64,000 nucleotides of DNA from Spironucleus salmonicida (taxonomy: Eukaryota): positions 124,001-188,000 of the forward strand of contig NC_090599.1 in the NCBI RefSeq assembly GCF_000497125.1, in the 5' to 3' direction. A program made the translations under genes and the position numbers. The first letter of the stretch is position 1; every line of letters begins with the position of its first letter. The notes beneath the pieces were generated by a model. It saw nothing but the letters and a program-made list of their open reading frames with translations, was not told the DNA's origin and ran no database searches. This document shows, piece after piece, positions 1 through 12,677 of the stretch.

Positions 1-2047
1 TCCACTCCCACTCATTATCAATTTCAGCGGCTATTAATATTAAATTCTCAAAACAGTCTTAAAATATATCTTTTATATTTTATACCAATCCAATTTTTAA
101 AAGCAAAACAACCATATTTTCTTAAATTCCTTCCCTGAACGAAAAATCGTTTATGACTTCGCTACATAATGCAGCTAAACTGCTTTGTTTTCCAGAAATA
201 TCACAAAACTCAATAGATTTTTGCAAAAAATAGGACATCTCTATATTCGAATTTTATTTAATATCATCTTCAAGTTAAAAACATACAGAATTGAATAATT
301 AATATATTAGTGCTACATTGATATAATGAGCAAAATCAGCTAAAACTAAAAAGCAGTATTGTTATATTTAGCTTTAAATTGAAGTTCCTAACACAAGGAG
401 TTCCAAATAATTCGGTAATTTATCATGAAACAAAACATCAATTTGAGATAAAATCTCTAAAAACTAAAATACTTATTCTGCAAGCCAATAATCAAACGTC
501 TCCGTTTTTAATGACTAAAGTAGAACAGGCGTGATGTGATTTAACAAACTATACGTGCTAGAAATAATTTATTCGTTTCCACTCATAATTCCTTAGCTTA
601 AAAGCTAAAACCCAGTTTCATAAGTCTATATTGAATGATCTGGTATAGAATCACGTCTACAAATAAAGAAGTTGAGTTCTTCAAAATTAATGAAATAATT
701 GATCATTTTAATAAAGCTTTCACATATAATATTTTATTGATCTATAGTCACAAGAAGCCCACATAGTTTTGTGATCTCTGTTATAACAATTGTTGATTTG
801 CTGTAGTTACCTGTTATATTATTTAAGAGCTATGCAAAATGTGTAAAAATATAACTGAATGAACTTGTTTGGTAAATTTACTGTAGAAGTTGTAACAAAG
901 CAACTGTAACTTGTTCATTACTTTAGTTTGTTAGTAGAAAATTTATTACACTTAAAATATCCTAGTCTACAAACTAATGGTCTTCGGATAGAGTTATTAG
1001 AAAATTAATAACTGCAAAAATAGAATCTTCACACAATTAAGTATTTAGTTGTTAAACTAATGCGGATATAATAGGTGTGTACTCTTCGCTGCTTAAATCA
1101 AAAGAGCTTAAAAGAAATAATGATATTTAAAATTTTGTTTAGTCTTATACTACAGGAAACTATTAAATTACAAATTATAATAATTCATGCTTGAATTTTG
1201 TTTGAATGTAATAGCTTTCTGAAATAAACTAAGACAAACCTTTAATAGCATAATTTGTGTAATTCCATTTATTAATAAATGGCTCCTATAAATCAAATAA
1301 ATTTGAACATATTTGAACATAAATATCTTCTTTTTATTAATTAGTGAGGCTTTCCTCTATAATTTAATTATAATTTTTATTTGTAAAAATCTCAAAAATA
1401 ATTTATCCACATATTTCAAAGTTTAACGTTAAAAATTTTGTAGAAAATAAAATTAAACTACTGGTATGACGAAGAATCAAGTTTTAAAATTTTACCAATA
1501 ATATTAATATAAACTTAAGAGATTATATATTAAAATCTAGCAAATTAAGATTCTTCTCTAAGAAATACTCATTCAGTGTGTAATTTTCCAATATAGTTAA
1601 TATCTCAATACCTTGATTTTGATCAAGTTAATAAAGATTCTCTAGATTTGTAAAAATAAAAGTGTACAATTCTTAAGACAAGTGGGGTTCTAATAACAAT
1701 TTTTTTACTAAATAAAAGTTAGGAGCTAATTAAATTTGCTATTAAAGGAAATTGGGAATAGTTTTAATTTTTTTGCAAATAATATAAATAATTTCAACTG
1801 AAAGATTATCAGTAAGTAACATGAAGTGTTTAAGGATATCTTCTAAAATAATATCATCATTAATAAACTTAATTTCATTTTTAAGAAGTATAACGGCTAA
1901 TTAATTAGTTTCAGAAAAATTCATTAACCAATACATAAACTAAGGCTAGTTTCTAAATTTCTATAATTTCATTTCTATTTATTAATGACTCAATAGATTT
2001 GTTGTGCATTGTTCCAAAAATAAATATAAATCTGTCTAATTATCCAT
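1..2047 (-). CDS. Hypothetical protein, 3' end runs off the left edge
   Basis: ATG at 2047 (MDNQTDLYLFLEQ...) is in the same frame as the open reading at 1-120 (...IAAEIDNEWEW) with TAA/TAG=Gln. The interior was not checked codon by codon. Confidence 0.6.
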
Positions 2048-2204
2048 TTTACTATCTATAATATTATATAATATCATAAGTATTTATCATAATTTTTACA
2101 CAAAATCATTTTCATGTTTTATTTCTAGTAAAGAGCTCATGTTTCAGAACCTTAATTAAAACAACTCTCATTATCAATAACTTCATAAATTTAAGAATAA
2201 TACA

Positions 2205-2630
2205 TCATTACTAGTTAATTGAAGTTAATGCATTTGCAAAACCTTAGTTAGGTAAAACACACGTCCTTTTAGATTAAACATAACTAAACGCATCATAATA
2301 ACTTAAATTTTGTGTTTTCATAACATAATAAACAGCAGCGGCTCCAGAACGGGATACTCCAAGCCCACAATGAACTAAAATAGGTCTATACTCAATGTGC
2401 TCTTTTATAAATTAAAATGATTCTTACATCAATTTTAAGAAATACTAAGGATCTACTGTTGGTTTATCCTCGAGATTAAAAAATATGTAATATTCTGCCC
2501 ATTTTGGTGCACCGGTATCTTTAACACCAAAGGTTACACAAACTTTTGCATCTTCTGGTTTTTCGGATAGCTTTTAGCATGCGGCATTCCCTAAGTATAG
2601 ATTCTTTACAATTTTATTATATAGTTTCAT
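2205..2630 (-). CDS. Dual-specificity protein phosphatase (atypical, catalytic domain only)
   Basis: LYLGN; catalytic loop VHCGLGVSRS (CX5R); KRTCVLPNQGF. Confidence 0.9.
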
Positions 2631-2701
2631 GTTTTTGTTAACTATAAATTCTATAATATAATATATCTTATAATATATCTTATTTTCTTTTAGATTGTAA
2701 T

Positions 2702-2711
2702 TTTCCACTCC
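2702..2711 (+). promoter_or_regulatory. C-rich pre-ATG element TTTCCACTCC (RPL22)
   Basis: The same 10-mer precedes RPL27, RPS3a and RPS30. Confidence 0.7.
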
Positions 2712-2718
2712 TTGAGCC

Positions 2719-3057
2719 ATGAATACTTATTTCATTGATTTCACTGAAGCCGTTGAAACCGCCCAGATCGATGTTAACCATTTTGTTGACTTCCTCAAGA
2801 CCTAAATGCGTGTTAACCGTCATAAGGCTGTCCTTGCCAAGTGCTGCACCATCGTTGTTGAAGGTAACAAAGTTACTATCACACCTAAAGAAGATTTTGA
2901 TTTTACCAAACGTTATGCTAAGTATCTTGCTCGTAAATATATCAACACCACCAACGAAGGTACTTATAGAAATATCTTCAGAATCCTCGAAAACGGTAAA
3001 CTTGGTTACAAGCTTGTTAACTGCGCCATTGAAGAAGACGAAGAAGCCCAGGAGTGA
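2719..3057 (+). CDS. RPL22: 60S ribosomal protein L22e
   Basis: MNTYFIDFT...FVDFLKTQMRVN...FTKRYAKYLARKY; acidic tail; one in-frame TAA read as Gln. Confidence 0.85.
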
Positions 3058-3131
3058 TGACTAACGTGAGCCAGATTCACATCAGTCTACTAGTAATAGC
3101 TTAGATTTGATGATATATATAAAAATTCATT

Positions 3132-3869
3132 TCAATCCCACACTTTTCGTGCTATTTCCTCCCCTTGAATATATTCTTTTTTAAGCAACTTAATTTATCG
3201 CAGTCTCGGTGCCACAAACAGTGCTTATTCCATTAATTCAATTTATTTTTTAACTATTTTTACCCAATTAAATACTCTCTATTAAAACCAAAACTAATCG
3301 TAATCATCAGAATATTTGAATGTAATAATAAGTTGTTAAAAGAATGCACATTATATAATTGGGGAATCTTTTAAAATGGTTAGCTTCCTTTATTCATAAA
3401 CTATATTATCAATTTTACGAATAATTGATAATTCTGGAACTTTCTTTTTAATCTCAAATTTATATTAGATAAGATCTAAAAAATTTATTATAATTATATC
3501 ACAGTTTAATATGCAAGGTGTAAAAGATCTTCCTAAAAATTTATATTCAAATACGTCAAACCACCAAGGATAATAATTATCTTTTATAACTATATTTTAC
3601 TATGACAAATCTATTTTATGTGGAGGATTCTATTTTTTTAATTATAATTATTGATTATAGTCTATATAGCTAGTTTAAACAATGCATGGAATTTTACGAT
3701 AATGCTATTACACAGATTAGATTGGTTTAATATCTTGTAGATATTCGCTAATTATTTTTGATGACTATACCTGCTATCTTTTTGTGTCAGTCCATATCTT
3801 TCGTAGTTTTAGGACCGTAGAATAGCTCATTTGTAGAATGGTATGAAATACATATATTATTTTAACCAT
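3132..3869 (-). CDS. Hypothetical protein
   Basis: Open frame ending IARKVWD-TGA; the start may be the later ATG near 3830. Confidence 0.55.
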
Positions 3870-3955
3870 GATGCTAATATATATATGTATTTAAATAATA
3901 TTAAATAATTATATATTAATATATGTATATAATTTTCCTAACTTCACCTCTAAAA

Positions 3956-4789
3956 ATGGACTAACTTATGAATTTCCCTGGTATGGGTATGCCAAAATAG
4001 AATACAAAACAAACTGATTCTTCAGAGACTGTAGTCATATCAACAATCGCTCTCATCAAAATGGTTAAACATGCACAGCGTGGTATCCCTGTTGAAGTCA
4101 TGGGGCTTTGTCTTGGTTCATTTATTGACTAGTACACGATTTATATTACTGATGTATTTGCTATGCCACAAATAGGGTAGTCTGACTCCGTTGAATCAAT
4201 TGATGAGGAGTACTAGGCTGAAATGCTAAATCAGTTGGAAAAAGTTAGAGTTACGGAAAAAGTAGTAGGGTGGTTTCACTCACACCCAGGCTATCATTGT
4301 TGGTTATCTGGCGTCGATCAAAAAATGTAGTAAACATTCGAATAGTTAAATCCTAGATGTGTCGCGATTGTTGTCGATCCTGTCAATTCTGCAAACGGAA
4401 GAATTGAACTTGAAGCGTTTAGACTTACTGAAAATAAACTATCTCTTAGTGCAGGTCCAGATTCACGCATTGCCACTTCTCAAGTTGGTTATTTAAGGAA
4501 AAAAGACCCAAGTTCAGTTCTTCATGGGATGGGTAGTTAATTCTACTAAATGAACATTTAATTTTGTTAAAATGGGGCAGAAAACACTATAACCAATAAA
4601 ATAAGTACTAAAAAATGGCCTGAACTAATTGGTGGAACGACGGTTAATATTATTGATAATATGGACAAAATATTAGACGGTATAAGGAATAACGACCTGA
4701 TTGGTGTAGAAGAAGAAGCTGAAAATTTATTGGACGAAACTGTATAGGGGGATCTTGATCTTGTGTTGAGGGGAATGATGTTCAGTTGA
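3956..4789 (+). CDS. RPN11: 26S proteasome lid deubiquitinase Rpn11/POH1
   Basis: [24 protein letters not shown] motif [23 protein letters not shown]. Confidence 0.95.
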
Positions 4790-5391
4790 GCGATTTTATA
4801 TTTTTTTTTAAATTGAAATAATATTTAAATCTTAATTTTGTGTTAAAAATATTCCATTTTTTGCATTTTCATGTTCAAGTAAAATCAAAAACATTCATTA
4901 GCATTGAAATATAACTAACCTTACAAAATAATCATTATCACTAGGTATGAATCTTACGATAAAATTAATCAACAAATTATTAAAATCATAGCATGTTAAA
5001 ATCAGTTAATTACTTTATTTATTTTAGCGAAACTGATAGAGTAATTGCATTATAACACCATTGGCAATTTATTAATATATTTTAAGGTTAAGAAGATATA
5101 ACATACATATTACTATTATAATTATAACTATGTAATAACTTATTAATATTTTCTTGATCATATAGTTTAGTACAAGAAGTACGAGAAGTCATTTTTAGAT
5201 AATAGTAAATAAATAAAACTTATATTAATCATTTTACGATTCTCTTTAATATGATATATGTATTTATATACCTAAATATTAATTATAAATAAATTTTATG
5301 ACTATGACTAATTTATTACTGTTAATAATAAATATATTTCTATTTTTTGTTCCATTATTTATATATTATAATAATAGGTAACAGGCTTTAA

Positions 5392-6072
5392 ATGCAATCT
5401 GCTTCACGAAGTTAAGGAAATAGAAAATTTATAGCATCACAACATCGAATAGCTAGCTAAGTAAATAAAATACGATCTTATGAGTAAGTTTTATAAAAAA
5501 TTGAAATGATTAAGCCTAATTCTTCTCATTTCTTATCATTGTAAAAACGATCAATTTCACCATAGTTATTCACTAATTTCAGCTAGACAATATCAAAACA
5601 ATTAGATATTGAAAAATTTGATCTAAAAGATACCTAATAATTTAGCTTTAAAGTATAGACAGAAAATTGGTGGTATGATTTCTAATCAGTAAAATTTAAC
5701 AGGTTACCGTTTAATAAAGTAGATGTAGCATTACTACTTAAAAATTATGAATTACTTTTTATGGATTCTAAAACTGAAATCAAACGCAAAAAGAATCATT
5801 TTGTAATACGATAGACAGATGATATTCTTTATTTAAATAATAAAAATATTATTTCAAACAGTGAATCACTTTTTGGAGCGCCATATATAAAATCTTTGAA
5901 TAATTTATTCTATTTTTCGCAACGAACGGATAAATTTAAAATTCAATAATGTTATATGAACTAGATATAAATTATAAATGATATGATGTTAATTTTAAAT
6001 CACGCTTTAAGGATAGCTAAAAAAATGTACAGATTTAAATAAGAAGGTACTAATTTACCATTACTTTAATGA
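5392..6072 (+). CDS. Hypothetical protein
   Basis: 226-aa ORF from ATG to TGA, tail-to-tail with the next gene. Confidence 0.6.
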
Positions 6073-6074
6073 AC

Positions 6075-6599
6075 TCAAAATTTCCTTGTTACGACTACTA
6101 AATTCTATTTATATTCAACGCCAATAATATTCAGTTCAACTAGCTGGCTAATGATTTCTTCGAATTCTTATATTAATGTCTCTTTACTCATATGTTTACT
6201 ACCTTCCAACTCGTTATATTTCAATAATATATCATAAATAGGATGCTCAAAAGCCATATTTTGTATACATTTGAAAAGTATTCCAATCTTTGTTCTATCA
6301 TTTTATACAAGAATTTATATTGTATTATTAGTAAAGTTTTACTCTCCAAAATTTTCAAAAATCAATTAATTTGAAGATTTTTAATATTTAGCTTTTATCA
6401 TCTTTAATGCCATGCCAATGTTTATTTGTTTAGTAATTTTATCACCAAAAATGTTATTATAAATAACTTTTACATCTCCACAATTACTTTCATTGTTAAC
6501 TAATTTAGATAAGTCAAAGTCATATTTCTCACCTTCTAAAAATAACAATACCTCGAGTTTTCTAAAAACTACCTGACTTTATTTTTCTATATCTATCAT
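6075..6599 (-). CDS. Hypothetical protein
   Basis: 174-aa ORF MIDIEKQSQVVFRKLE... Confidence 0.6.
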
Positions 6600-6624
6600 G
6601 AATTTATATACATTTTGCTAATAT

Positions 6625-6933
6625 ATGGATGGCGCTGGAAAATTTTTATTTAATGACTATTTTACATCATTCGCGTAAAATTATGCTTAATAGAGAGGTA
6701 AATTATTAGATTTTTATAAAAATTACAATGAAAGTGTAGTTCGTTAGATTAGTAGCTAGATTACGTCGTCAAATTTAAACGATCCCTGGAACGTAAAAGA
6801 TTTAAATTCAGATATTGGAAAGTAGTTTTGTTGCTCATAAAATTATGCTAAATTGTTGTAGATTGATGTTTAAATTAATTTAGGAAGCAGCGATGAAATA
6901 GTGATAATAGTAATGTTATTTATTACTTAATGA
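6625..6933 (+). CDS. Small hypothetical protein
   Basis: 102-aa ORF MDGAGKFLFNDYF...; divergent from the previous gene with only 25 bp between the ATGs. Confidence 0.45.
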
Positions 6934-7303
6934 TGTATTTACTCAATAAGACAATATAATAAATCTATATCGTCTATTATGATAATTTAATTTTCTTATA
7001 TTTACTATATTTACGAGTTAACATAAATAGCTTACTCATACTCTTATTTAATAAACTCTGTAATAATTTTTCCTACTTGTAATGAGTTATCAGGGTTAAT
7101 ATCCATTTAAAAAATAATAAAATTATTATAAATTCTTTTATTTTTGACAGACTCTTATAGATATTAAAATATATAGTATAAATTATCGAATAATTATACT
7201 TTAAGTTCTTAAATAAAGTTCTATTGAGCAATATCATAAATTTTATTTATTATACTCATTTTAGATAATAACTATTATTATCTAATACACAATATATATT
7301 AAA

Positions 7304-7969
7304 ATGGATATTACTTCTCTATTTATTGAAAACCTTCAAAATGTAAGCTTACAACTAACTGAAAACAATATCAACAGTGTTTATAATAATTTACTTGTAT
7401 CTGTATAAAAAGCGTAATATATACAATAATTAGGGTAATAAGATCTACTGTAATAAATTAATTAATTTTCATCCCTTATTACATAATCCTCTAATATTGT
7501 ATCTAAACATGTTAAAACACTAAGTTATATACAATAGAAAGTATTTAAGTAATAAAAGCTGCTCATTTTGCCACTTATTTCTAATCTATAAGAGTAGATT
7601 TAAAAAATTACATCTATTAATCATTATGAACCTTAGGTATAATTATAAAGTTAATAAGAAACCGTTGAGATTTCAACTACTGCTCTTTAATTATAAGAGA
7701 AGCCTTCTTAAAACATGTATTAAATTAATAATATTTTAAGATAAATATAAAATACACAAAAAATAACAAATGCCGCAATTTAATCTTAAGGGGAGAGTTT
7801 ATGGAGAGTAGGTGACAATTTAGATACTGCTGAAAAATTTTTAGATAGGGCAAATGGTAAATTCTAATCAGCACTGAAAAATGTGAAAGGATATTGGAAA
7901 ATATTACTAATTGTATTCTTATTTGTCTTTATTTATGTTATTGGCAAGGCTTTAGTTAAAAAGCTGTGA
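7304..7969 (+). CDS. Q-SNARE (syntaxin-like), tail-anchored
   Basis: Heptad region IQSQGESLWRVGDNLDTAEKFLDRAN followed by a C-terminal hydrophobic segment ILLIVFLFVFIYVIG. Confidence 0.75.
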
Positions 7970-8208
7970 GAAATTATAATTTTTTTTAATAAATATATTA
8001 TTTGGAATCAGATATTAGCTCCTTAGATATCTCATAATTTTATATATAGTTATAATATTTAATATAAACACTTCAAAATTAAATTGCGTCTCTTTTTATT
8101 ATCTCACATTGTAATTTTCATTTAATTTATCATTTTACCAATAAATTTAGGTAAAGATATATTCTAATATATAAATTTGTTATAAACATTTTATCTAATT
8201 TAATTATA

Positions 8209-9009
8209 ATGAATCCTGCTTTCATCAAAGAAGACTGGCTTACACCATTATTAAATGATATTTAAATAAAAATTCTATGTGCAAATGATATTTCTGAACC
8301 TTTACCAAACACATAAATATTTCATATCTAAAAAATAACCACTGGGAAAGCGTTTGCAGAGTAAGTTATAAGGCATAGTATTTCAAGAACACATTTTCTC
8401 ATTATTTATGATAATGATGGAATTTCTGCACCTTTACTATGGTTTTAGTTCCTTTACTTTGGGCATGCTCTTAATAATTTATCTATAATAAAGGGTGGAT
8501 ATAAGTCATGGTAGGGTGCAAAAGGACATCTCATTCGCCCCAAGTCTGGCTCTTCTTCTAGCTATTCTGCCACTCCATAAATATAAATGAGAATTAGGAA
8601 AGATGAACTAATTGAATTTTGTAGGTAACTTCAAGATAGTGTAATAGTATCAAAAATAGCTGGAAAATATCCAATTCCATCTTAAAGAAAACCAAAATTT
8701 TCATAATTAATAGATTGCCGAGACTGTTCTGAAAATATTTTCCCTGGGGCTATAAACATATCATGGAGTATTTTTATTATTGACGATATAACCGTTCCAA
8801 ATATAGCTATATTTGATGAAAAAAAAGTTAATGTTGAGTAAGGCATAATTATAGTAGGAGATACTATGGATCATTGCGCTATTGTTGCATTTAATGCATA
8901 CTTAAGATGTGGTGAAATAGATAAGATATAAATATATTTTGAGAATATTTAAGACTTAATGGGAACTTTTTTAACAGACAATACATTCCAATATTAGACT
9001 TCTGAATGA
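8209..9009 (+). CDS. Tandem rhodanese / sulfurtransferase-like protein
   Basis: IIYDNDG...LWFQFLYFGH...IIKGGYKSW; IDCR...FPGAINISW. Confidence 0.75.
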
Positions 9010-9046
9010 ATATATTATAATATTATATTTTCCCCCAAAATTTAGA

Positions 9047-9454
9047 ATGAACAAAAGATCTCCATATCATGTTACAGACGATCACTTTAAATAAACATTT
9101 TCTATATCCACAAAATTAAATATTTTAGATTGGATGGCATAAGATAGTAAAAGAACATCATATCAAGCATCTAAATATTTTAATATTAATTCAAAGACAA
9201 TTAGAAATTGGAAAAAGTAAGAGCCTATACTACGTAGAGTAAGAGATCCAGATACAGTTCTGAGAGTCTCTAAACATCAGAAATTTTAATAATAAGACCT
9301 TATTATAACTCCATCTAATAGTTTAAAGTCATCTGAAGTTGATATTGATAAATAATAAGAAAGTTTTACAGCCTAATAATGCGCAGCAAATCAATCAATT
9401 AATATTACAGCCGATTTAGCTAGCTTATTAGAAGCTATGCTAAGAAATTAGTGA
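9047..9454 (+). CDS. Brinker/CENP-B-type HTH DNA-binding protein
   Basis: TFSISTKLNILDW...SYQASKYFNINSKTIRNWKKQE. Confidence 0.7.
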
Positions 9455-9507
9455 ATTGTGTTTAAGTATAATGTTATATTACAAGAATATTCTGATTGTA
9501 TTCAAAA

Positions 9508-9888
9508 ATGTCAACCAAATTTAATTTGGCATTTAATTAAGATAGGAAATACATTCTAAATCAAGGATCATAGGCTGTTGATGCGATGTCTGAAAAAGAC
9601 TACTAAATGTACATACCTGATAGAAAATATAATGTACAACGAAAAGCAGAATTTTAGAAATTGGAGTAAATTCATCAAAGTATGTTCACTTTAGATAGTT
9701 TAAAACACTCTACCATAATATTTACAGATATACCTACAAAGATTGATCCAGTTTTAACCGAAAAATGTTATTAATTAGATGAACTATTTCCAAATGTACG
9801 AATAAGTAAATAGGGAAAAATTAGAAAAGCTAGTCCATTAATGATTGCCAGCTAGCTTCGATAGAGGAATCGAAATAAATAATAGTGA
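9508..9888 (+). CDS. Hypothetical protein
   Basis: 126-aa ORF whose stop lies in a TAGTGA context. Confidence 0.6.
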
Positions 9889-9977
9889 GATAATTAACCC
9901 CAAATTTAATTTATATTGTACTTGAATGTATAATTTAATATTTTTAGCTATTAATATTTTACTTTCACATACTTGAA

Positions 9978-10409
9978 ATGTAATGGAATGATATCATAGA
10001 GTTACCACTCTATGTAATCACAAATGTAGATAATTTGATGGAGCATTTAGGGCTCACAACTGAGGATAGAAACATAGCATAAAAAGTTTCGGATATGGCA
10101 TTAGTGCTATTGGGATATGAATAATATAAACCTAGCACATTTAAAGAAAATGTGTAGTAGAAAGTACTATTTAGCAACAATGAGCTAATTGAACTGTTTT
10201 TTAATTTTGTAAGAAATCCTATGTTAAAAAGTTCAGAAATGGTTCAACTTGCTGATAAAATGAATTTACCAATTCGTTCAGTGAAAGGCTGGTTCTATAA
10301 CAAACGCTCAGACCTAAAAGAGGGAAAATTAACTATTCCTCCTCTTGTCTAAGAAGAAATTGGAGTTGAAATTGTCATTAAACTATTGGAGGCATTTTAA
10401 ACCAAGTGA
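9978..10409 (+). CDS. Homeodomain protein (non-TALE)
   Basis: Homeodomain at about 10149-10328 with F8, L13, L16, F20, L34, L40, V45, W48, F49, N51 and R53 in register (VKGWFYNKRS). Confidence 0.85.
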
Positions 10410-11824
10410 TCATCTTTTTTCGAAATTGTTAGACTTAATTAAAATCCTGTTATAACAGTAAGTTAATTGAAATAATTTGATGTTGCTGATAAAAAGTATC
10501 CTGCTAATGCCATTTTGGAATTATATTTATTTTGTGTGTCGTTTAATTTTCGATTAGTAAAAAAATAGAATATATTTACTAAAAACAAATTAAAATAACT
10601 AAATATATCGTGTAATGAGGTAATAATATTGACATAACTTATAAATACAAAAAAAATACTATGTTTTTCAAGTAATGGTATTTTAAATATAAAGAACGTA
10701 ATTAATCTTACTAGTAATAGTGTTCATAACTTAACCAGTGGTTAAATTGATAAATTAATAAAAATATGCCTTACTTATGATAATAAATCATTAAATATAA
10801 TTATCATAATAGAACTGCAACATATTTAAGTATAGAAATCACTCTATCATAAACTTAATAGAATTTTGTTAAATAAATTTATTAAGATATTTGCATAGCG
10901 TTAATGATAAAGTATTACAAATCAATCGTTATTATTTACTAGTATATATAATTCGATATATGATATCGCAATAGACTTTATTTTTAATTTAGATAAACGA
11001 AAAGAATTGTTATGCCATAAATTTTATCTGTTGACATCTGATATATATCCATTGAAATTTATCTTATATATGAACATAAATTATTATAAGTTTATAGTTT
11101 ACCATCTTAACTGTATAAGTTTTCACTATACAATATATTTGTTGAACTATGGACATAAAACTAAAAAGCTGAAAAATATACTAGATAGATAATAATTTAT
11201 AAAAATTACATAGTTATTAGTGTGCTGTAATATTTTAGACATATAAATTTAGTAGGTGGATATGAATTCTATTTTAACATACTTACTTGATAAAAGATGA
11301 AAAAGAACTAGATATTTTATGAAAAATATGACAGTATTATAGTATTACTTTAACACAATAATATAATTTACAAAGTTATCTTCTAAGTGGATTTTTAAAA
11401 TAAATGATGCATTATCAATAAATTAAATTTACCTGAAAAATTGGAAATTAAATTATTAATTAGAAGACCATAATTACAGTTTGTTTAAAATGGAATATTA
11501 AAATATAATAATGATAATTATTAAAATTTACAGTATATAGAAAGCTAAGATAAATTAAAATGATTAAATTGCTAATGTACACGGTTATTTATAAATAATA
11601 AATATTTTTCTCATTATTTTAAAGTTAAGATCAAAATATTATAATATAAAAGAATAGGATATTATTAAAATTTCATCAACTGCTTCTATTAGTAATATAT
11701 TTTGAATATAAACCTAATGAATTCATATAAATTTAGGCTATAAATAATATATTTTTGGTAAATTTGAATGTTATTATTTAAATAGATTACTATACTATAA
11801 TATACAAATATAAATACAATAATA

Positions 11825-12118
11825 ATGCATATAATTAATGTTACTTTTGAAGGTGTTGAAGAATTAGCTATATTAGAATTTTAAGGGTCATTTGCAACAT
11901 TATAGTTAGTATTAGGTAAAATAGAGATTGATAATAATATTGCAAGATTTTAATCTGGCCCAAATTTCTTAGTTGGTCGAGTTATAAAGCTCCCAAAATC
12001 TTTATATGTATTAACATAGAATCATGATGATTAGTAGAATTCACTTAGCATCACTGGAAAAGTCACGCTAAAAATTATATTTGACTAAGAACCAGATCAT
12101 TATTATAGTGAGATATGA
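11825..12118 (+). CDS. CTF8: Chromosome transmission fidelity protein 8 (Ctf18-RFC subunit)
   Basis: ILEFQGS...LGKI...LVGRVIKLPKSLYVL...KIIFDQEP; 97 aa. Confidence 0.75.
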
Positions 12119-12125
12119 ATTATAT

Positions 12126-12587
12126 TCAGTACAGTTTTCTGTCTAAATTCTTATCCAAACTATCTTCTAATAATAAAATTCTACGTTTATAAGACTCAAT
12201 AGTATCAATAAGTAAATTATAATCTGTTTCCACTTATAAAAGTTGCTTATGCATCTATTCAGGGCTTCTCAATGGATCATGGTCTAAGTCTCCAGCTTTC
12301 AGAATTTCAAACTCTTCTTAGATTCCACGTACTTTTTTAAGATTCTACATAAATTCTTAATCTTAACCTTACAATTCTGCTGCCTAGTTTTTAATTCGAT
12401 GCATATATTATAAAACTAATTTCATATTCTCTCGATCATCAATACAAGATGCCTATAATTATTCATAATAGTATTCACATATTTTTGATATATCCGATAG
12501 CTTAGCTTCTGGTAAGGCCCTTTGCGATATGCCATTTTCGCGATAGTCATATAAAATTGCTGGCCAATGAGGTTTATAGTTATACAT
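12126..12587 (-). CDS. Hypothetical protein
   Basis: ORF MYNYKPHWPAILYD...; alternative in-frame ATG at 12635. Confidence 0.6.
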
Positions 12588-12677
12588 TATGAAATTTGCT
12601 GAAAAATTACTATATATAATATATGTTTTATGCATGTTTTTTAGCGTTTTAATTTTTCTAAAAATACCCTCTCATAA

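Noticed and set aside
4871-5254. 127-codon AT-rich ORF
   Set aside because: With only one stop codon, such ORFs arise by chance. It has no motif and an I/Y/N-dominated composition.
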